The position numbers and the translations under genes are program-made. A DNA stretch of 32,000 nt, taken from Acinetobacter wanghuae (GTDB lineage: Bacteria; Pseudomonadota; Gammaproteobacteria; Pseudomonadales; Moraxellaceae). This document shows, piece by piece, positions 27,638-32,000 of the stretch (the first letter of the stretch is position 1; each line of letters starts with the position of its first letter). The notes under the pieces were generated by a model. It saw nothing but the letters and a program-made list of their open reading frames with translations. It did no database searches and was not told where the DNA came from. The DNA is taken from NCBI RefSeq assembly GCF_009557235.1, contig NZ_CP045650.1, forward strand, positions 510,001 to 542,000, written 5' to 3'.

Positions 27638-28417
27638 TTATTTCACCGATTTTGAGAAAAAACCGGTAAACACTTTCAAGATATGGAAAACGATACTACC
27701 CACTGTAAACACAGCTAAAAATGCTCTAAAGAAATAATTAATCGATTTACCCACGTAGGCATATAAATCATTTGAAAATGCATCTGAATAACTGCCTTCA
27801 GCAAAATAGAGATAGCTTGCAATCCCTGCTAGGAACGACAGCGCAAACAAGACATATAGATATATTTTAATATTGTGATGGACACAGACCGTACTGCGAT
27901 AATGTCCGTTATGACGATAAATCATCCAAGCTAAAACAGGCAGTGCGAATGCCGATAAACCAATTTGTAAGACACGATGTAAGGGATAGCTATGCGTCAA
28001 AATCTGAATAGGCTGCATTAAAATTTCTTTAAATGCGAAGGTTCGAAAGTCCACATGGGTCAGACCATCCCAAATAATATGGGTTGTTGTGCCCACAAGA
28101 ATGGCAATCATCATACCCAGCACAAAACCACAAAAACGATTCAGACTAGTAATGTTTAAGGGCTTCTCTAAACCGAAAAAAGCAAAAATCATTGGGCGGT
28201 ATAGAGTGTACCAAATCAGACAGAAAACGAGTCCAAGGAGTAGGTTGGGGATAATGAGTCCCGACCATTGATGCGAACCGCCATAATTGGCATTGGTAAA
28301 TAAACGAAATAAATCTGGCACCATACAACCAATCGCCAGTGCTGCAATCGGTAGACGTCCGCCTGTAAGCTTAGAAATGGGTGGGGCGAGTGCAGCATGA
28401 GATAAAGTAAAAGGCAT
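27638..28417 (-). CDS. Polytopic membrane protein, DUF4184-like (putative membrane metal-dependent hydrolase fold)
   Basis: 259 aa with about 6-7 TM segments. The N-terminus MPFTLSHAAL plus conserved His/Asp (VPD, THIIWDGLTH) matches my recollection of DUF4184 and the YdjM-like families. This assignment is from memory only. Confidence 0.55.
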   Translation of the reverse strand: MPFTLSHAALAPPISKLTGGRLPIAALAIGCMVPDLFRLFTNANYGGSHQWSGLIIPNLLLGLVFCLIWYTLYRPMIFAFFGLEKPLNITSLNRFCGFVLGMMIAILVGTTTHIIWDGLTHVDFRTFAFKEILMQPIQILTHSYPLHRVLQIGLSAFALPVLAWMIYRHNGHYRSTVCVHHNIKIYLYVLFALSFLAGIASYLYFAEGSYSDAFSNDLYAYVGKSINYFFRAFLAVFTVGSIVFHILKVFTGFFSKSVK

Positions 28418-28511
28418 ACGTTGCTAAAATTTTTTAAATAAAACCTATCAATGATGCTTGAGTATAGCGGAACTTCTAAAAACGAGATGTTTTTTATTGC
28501 AAAACGATTGA

Positions 28512-28530
28512 AATGTTATATTATAACATT
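28512..28530. promoter_or_regulatory. Zur box (zinc uptake regulator operator)
   Basis: AATGTTATA-T-TATAACATT is a perfect 19-bp palindrome and matches the gammaproteobacterial Zur consensus GAAATGTTATAnTATAACATTTC. It lies 31 nt upstream of the znuD ATG and overlaps a plausible -10, with TTGCAA at 28498-28503 as the -35. Confidence 0.85.
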
Positions 28531-28560
28531 ATTGATTTATTGTGCTTTTGGGTTTGCATC

Positions 28561-30618
28561 ATGGCTTTTCATAAAAATTTCTTAGCAGTTTCGATTCTTG
28601 CTGCAGCCACGCCACAGGTATGGGCAGAACAAAACAATAATAGTGTACAAACTTTAGAGACCATTCAGGTGATTGCACATCCGCTTGCGCAAACTGCTGC
28701 GGATTTTGCGGTTGCAGACCAAGTGATTGATCAAACAAAATTATCAACAGGCGCAACGACAATTGGCGATGCACTAGCCAATGAGCTTGGGGTGTATTCA
28801 AATCAATTTGGTTCAGGTTCAAGCCGTCCTGTGATTCGTGGTCAAGATGGTCCACGTGTCAAAGTGCTGCAACATGCCTCAGAAACTGCAGATGTATCAA
28901 GTTTATCACCTGATCATACTGTCACGGTTGACCCTATTTTAGCGAAACAAATCGAAGTCATTCGTGGTCCGTCAACCCTGCTTTATGCTGCAGGCACGGT
29001 GGGTGGTTTGGTAAACGTCACTGATCAAAAAATTCCAAACCAAATGCCTGAAGATGGTTTGGAAGGTTCAGTTGGCGTGCGTTATAACTCAGGCAGTGAC
29101 GAAAAACTTGCAAGTGCAGGTGTAACTGCAGGAATTGGTGAGAATTTTGCCTTACGTGTTGAAGGCTCAAAACGTAAAGCAAATGACTATATTGCTCATG
29201 CTGGTTATGTTGTTGAAGAGCCACATGGCGATCACTCACATTTTAATAAAGAACGTCGAGTTGATAATACCTTTGCAGAAGGTGAAACCATTAATGTTGG
29301 TGGTTCATGGATTCACGATCGTGGCTTTGTAGGTGCGTCTTATAGCAACCGTCAAGATCAATATGGTTTACCAGGGCATAGTCATGGCGATGAAGAACAT
29401 GGACATGATGAACATGAAGAAGCAGGTGCTTGGATTGATCTGAAGTCTGAACGCTACGATGTTCGAACAGAGTTATATAACCCAATGGCTGGTTTTGAAA
29501 AACTCCGTGCACATGCTAGTTTTACAGATTATAAACATGCTGAATTAGAAGGGGCAGAGGCATTAAGCTACTTTAAAAGTGAAGCTTATGATGCTCGCTT
29601 AGAGTTGGTTCATGTTCCAGTCTTGGATTGGGAAGGTGTGATTGGTCTACAGTTAAGTCAGCAAAAAGTTAAAATTTCTGGTACAGGTCATGAGCATGAA
29701 GCTGAAGAAGAGGATCACGAGCATGATCTTTTAATGGCAGATAACAAGACTCAAAAATATAGTTTATTTGCCTTAGAGCATAAGCAAATGGGTGATGTGC
29801 ACATTGAATTGGGTGTACGTGCTGATCATCAAGAAATTAAAATTGATTCGAATCAGAAAAATCATTCAGATACGGCTTTTTCAGGTTCTGCAGCGGTAAA
29901 CTGGGAATTTGCTCCAAGTTATAAATTATCGATGGTTGGCTCACATCAACAACGTTTACCGATTGCGCAAGAGCTGTATGCTCAAGGCAAACATCATGCG
30001 ACGCAAACCATTGAACATGGTAATGACCAACTTGATCTAGAAAAATCCAATAACATTGAGCTTGGTTTACATTATGAAGGCGATAAGCTCGACTATCATG
30101 TGCATCTGTACCATAACTGGTTTGATAACTATATTTATGCAGCTGATACAGGCGAAGAAGATCACGGCTACCGCGAAGTTAACTATCGTCAAGACAGTGC
30201 GAAATTTTATGGAACTGAAGCGGAAGTCTCTTATCACATCAATGACACTTACACAGTTGGATTATTTGGTGACTATGTGCGTGGCAAAATTGAAGGTGAA
30301 AATGCACCACGTATACCTGCAGGTCGTTTAGGGGCTAAAATTGAATCTGATTTTGCGGATGGTTGGTCAGCGGTGGCAGAGTACTACCATGTCTTTAATC
30401 AAGATGAATTTGCTGATTATGAGACTGAAACGCAAGGCTATAACATGGTCAATGTGGGCTTAAGTTATACGAATCGTATTGCTGATAAAAACAGTTATCG
30501 CATGTATTTAAAAGCGAATAACTTATTGGATGATCAAGTTTATTCACACACATCATTCTTATCGACTATTCCACAAGTGGGACGTAATTTCAGCATGGGC
30601 TTAGAATATCGTTTCTAA
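28561..30618 (+). CDS. znuD: Zinc-regulated TonB-dependent outer-membrane receptor (ZnuD type)
   Basis: The signal peptide is MAFHKNFLAVSILAAATPQVWA, the TonB box is ETIQVIA, and the plug motif is RPVIRGQ. The terminal beta-strand ends GRNFSMGLEYRF. It has three His/Asp/Glu-rich loops and a Zur box upstream. I prefer ATG 28561 over the track start 28513, which lies inside the operator. Confidence 0.85.
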   Translation: MAFHKNFLAVSILAAATPQVWAEQNNNSVQTLETIQVIAHPLAQTAADFAVADQVIDQTKLSTGATTIGDALANELGVYSNQFGSGSSRPVIRGQDGPRVKVLQHASETADVSSLSPDHTVTVDPILAKQIEVIRGPSTLLYAAGTVGGLVNVTDQKIPNQMPEDGLEGSVGVRYNSGSDEKLASAGVTAGIGENFALRVEGSKRKANDYIAHAGYVVEEPHGDHSHFNKERRVDNTFAEGETINVGGSWIHDRGFVGASYSNRQDQYGLPGHSHGDEEHGHDEHEEAGAWIDLKSERYDVRTELYNPMAGFEKLRAHASFTDYKHAELEGAEALSYFKSEAYDARLELVHVPVLDWEGVIGLQLSQQKVKISGTGHEHEAEEEDHEHDLLMADNKTQKYSLFALEHKQMGDVHIELGVRADHQEIKIDSNQKNHSDTAFSGSAAVNWEFAPSYKLSMVGSHQQRLPIAQELYAQGKHHATQTIEHGNDQLDLEKSNNIELGLHYEGDKLDYHVHLYHNWFDNYIYAADTGEEDHGYREVNYRQDSAKFYGTEAEVSYHINDTYTVGLFGDYVRGKIEGENAPRIPAGRLGAKIESDFADGWSAVAEYYHVFNQDEFADYETETQGYNMVNVGLSYTNRIADKNSYRMYLKANNLLDDQVYSHTSFLSTIPQVGRNFSMGLEYRF

Positions 30619-30694
30619 AATATGCTAAACAAAACCGATGATGTGATTGAAATAAAACAGTAATCACAGAAATGCTCTTGATATATTGCATCAT

Positions 30695-30729
30695 AAAACC
30701 TAGTCTGAGCGTATTGGACTAGGTTTTTT
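30695..30729 (+). terminator. Rho-independent terminator after znuD
   Basis: The sequence is aaaacctagtc-tgagcgtatt-ggactaggtttttt, with a 7-bp stem (cctagtc/gactagg) and T6. Confidence 0.7.
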
Positions 30730-30732
30730 GTT

Positions 30733-32000
30733 ATGCGTATTTTTCAACGAATTCATCAGAAATTGAATTGGTCAACTCGTGGGTATGTCGGACTGATTGT
30801 GGGGATGTTGGCAATCGGTTATCTATCGTCTGCCATCTATCATGTCTATAAACCTTTACCCGATGGCTTAAATGTCACGGGTAAATTACGCCATGCAGAT
30901 GTCGAATTTTTGGCGGATCGAACTTATATCGATGCAAAAGGTCAGCAACAGCAGCATGTTATTTTTAAACAAATGCTGAAACTGATTGATGAAGCCAATA
31001 GTTTGATTGTGATTGATATGTTCCTATTTAATCAAGAAATAGGTGAATCGAAACAAGTCCATGAAAAGCTCACCCAACAGCTGACTGATGCTTTACTGAA
31101 TAAGCGCCAATCAGCACATCAAATTGAAATTAAAGTTATTACGGATCCGATTAATTCGGTTTATGGTGGATTGCTGCCTGAGCATTATCGTGCTTTGCGT
31201 CAAGGCGGCATTGATGTGATTGAAACTAATCTTTTACCTCTACGTGCTTCCAATCCAACGTGGTCAGGTATTTGGTATTTATGCTGTCAAGGTTTAGGCA
31301 ATAATCCAGAAGGGGGATGGCTACCGAATCCAGTTGGCAAAGGTAAAGTGACTTTACGTAGTTATAGCAATCTCATTAACTTTAAAGCCAATCATCGCAA
31401 AACCATCGTGGTCGATACCAATGAAGGTTGGAAAACATTAGTAACATCAATGAACCTACATGATGGCAGTTCGCGCCATTCGAATGTGGCTTTGCTAGTA
31501 AATGGCAATACCGCAATTGATGTGCTTAAATCAGAACAAACTGTTGCAGCCATGTCGCAAGCAGATGTGTCAGGCATTGTGATTGGTGAGTTCGAAGCTG
31601 AAAAATCTTTGCCTCAAGTGCAAGTTTTAACTGAAGCTGCGATTTATGAAGCAACTTTAAATCTGATTAAACAGGCTAAAGCCAAAGAGCAGATTGATTT
31701 AGCGATGTTCTACTTATCCGAGCGTCGTATTATCAAGGCATTGATTGAAGCAAAACAGCGCGGTGTGGCGGTCAGAGTTTTACTTGACCCGAATAAAGAT
31801 GCCTTTGGTCGTACTAAAAATGGCATACCGAACCGCCCTGTGGCAGCGGAATTACATAATGCGGGGATTGATGTACGTTGGTGTAATACGCAAGGTGAGC
31901 AATGCCACAGTAAAATGATTATCAAGCATTCAGCAAATGCTGCTGAGCTGATTTTGGGTTCTGCCAATTTTACTGCGCGTAACTTAAAGAATTATAATTT
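30733..32000 (+). CDS. pld: Phospholipase D superfamily protein with two HKD motifs, N-terminal TM anchor (3' end outside window)
   Basis: This ORF is absent from the supplied track because it runs off the window. It reads MRIFQRIHQKLNWSTRGYVGLIVGMLAIGYLSSAIY..., then FKANHRKTIVVD...SMNLHDGS (HKD 1), then CHSKMIIKH...ILGSANFTARN (HKD 2). It stays open from ATG 30733 to the window end, with an in-frame stop upstream at 30706-30708. Confidence 0.8.
   Translation, partial: MRIFQRIHQKLNWSTRGYVGLIVGMLAIGYLSSAIYHVYKPLPDGLNVTGKLRHADVEFLADRTYIDAKGQQQQHVIFKQMLKLIDEANSLIVIDMFLFNQEIGESKQVHEKLTQQLTDALLNKRQSAHQIEIKVITDPINSVYGGLLPEHYRALRQGGIDVIETNLLPLRASNPTWSGIWYLCCQGLGNNPEGGWLPNPVGKGKVTLRSYSNLINFKANHRKTIVVDTNEGWKTLVTSMNLHDGSSRHSNVALLVNGNTAIDVLKSEQTVAAMSQADVSGIVIGEFEAEKSLPQVQVLTEAAIYEATLNLIKQAKAKEQIDLAMFYLSERRIIKALIEAKQRGVAVRVLLDPNKDAFGRTKNGIPNRPVAAELHNAGIDVRWCNTQGEQCHSKMIIKHSANAAELILGSANFTARNLKNYN

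Noticed and set aside
31392-31967. Minus-strand ORFs 31392-31577 and 31710-31967
   Set aside because: They lie inside the plus-strand phospholipase D frame, which carries two clear HKD motifs. These are shadow ORFs.
1-32000. Search for CRISPR arrays, tRNA or rRNA genes, IS elements, integrases, phage genes, toxin-antitoxin pairs or defence-island-type modules
   Set aside because: I saw no spaced direct repeats, no cloverleaf-like GC-rich intergenic segments, no transposase or recombinase-like ORFs and no small paired ORFs. All sizeable ORFs are accounted for by the features listed.

Overview
This is a chromosomal segment that looks like Acinetobacter. Hand-counted housekeeping lines are about 45% G+C, and the glnE-ilvE-[glycosyltransferase cluster]-aspS order matches what in A. 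baumannii defines the lipooligosaccharide outer-core (OC) locus. This taxon call rests on memory of synteny, not on a search. I support about 31 CDSs, and most are core housekeeping genes in familiar gammaproteobacterial blocks: hisS(3' end)-yfgM-bamB-der; a stand-alone Sfp-type PPTase; an SDR; mazG-comEA; pcnB-folK-panB-panC-rapZ-ptsO-yjgA; an orphan GAF histidine kinase; and glnE-ilvE. After the accessory cluster come an LpxL/LpxM-type acyltransferase, aspS, a DUF4184-like membrane protein, a Zur-box-controlled ZnuD-type TonB receptor and the 5' part of an HKD phospholipase D. I found no tRNA or rRNA genes, no CRISPR array, and no IS element, integrase, phage or toxin-antitoxin-like module. 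The only clearly accessory DNA is the six-gene cassette at 18.4-24.4 kb: a DxD glycosyltransferase, an unknown 247-aa protein, GT25, GT4, a polysaccharide pyruvyl transferase and a very AT-rich phosphoethanolamine-transferase-like gene. G+C falls to roughly 18-35% from about 19.2 to 24.4 kb. I do not see a convincing novel defence-type or otherwise unprecedented multi-gene system. The best candidates for new biology are this possibly uncatalogued outer-core cassette with its unknown ORF, the divergent Zur-box region, and two uncharacterised proteins (a secreted Ala-rich protein and the orphan GAF kinase). All family calls come from motif recognition by eye, with no database search.
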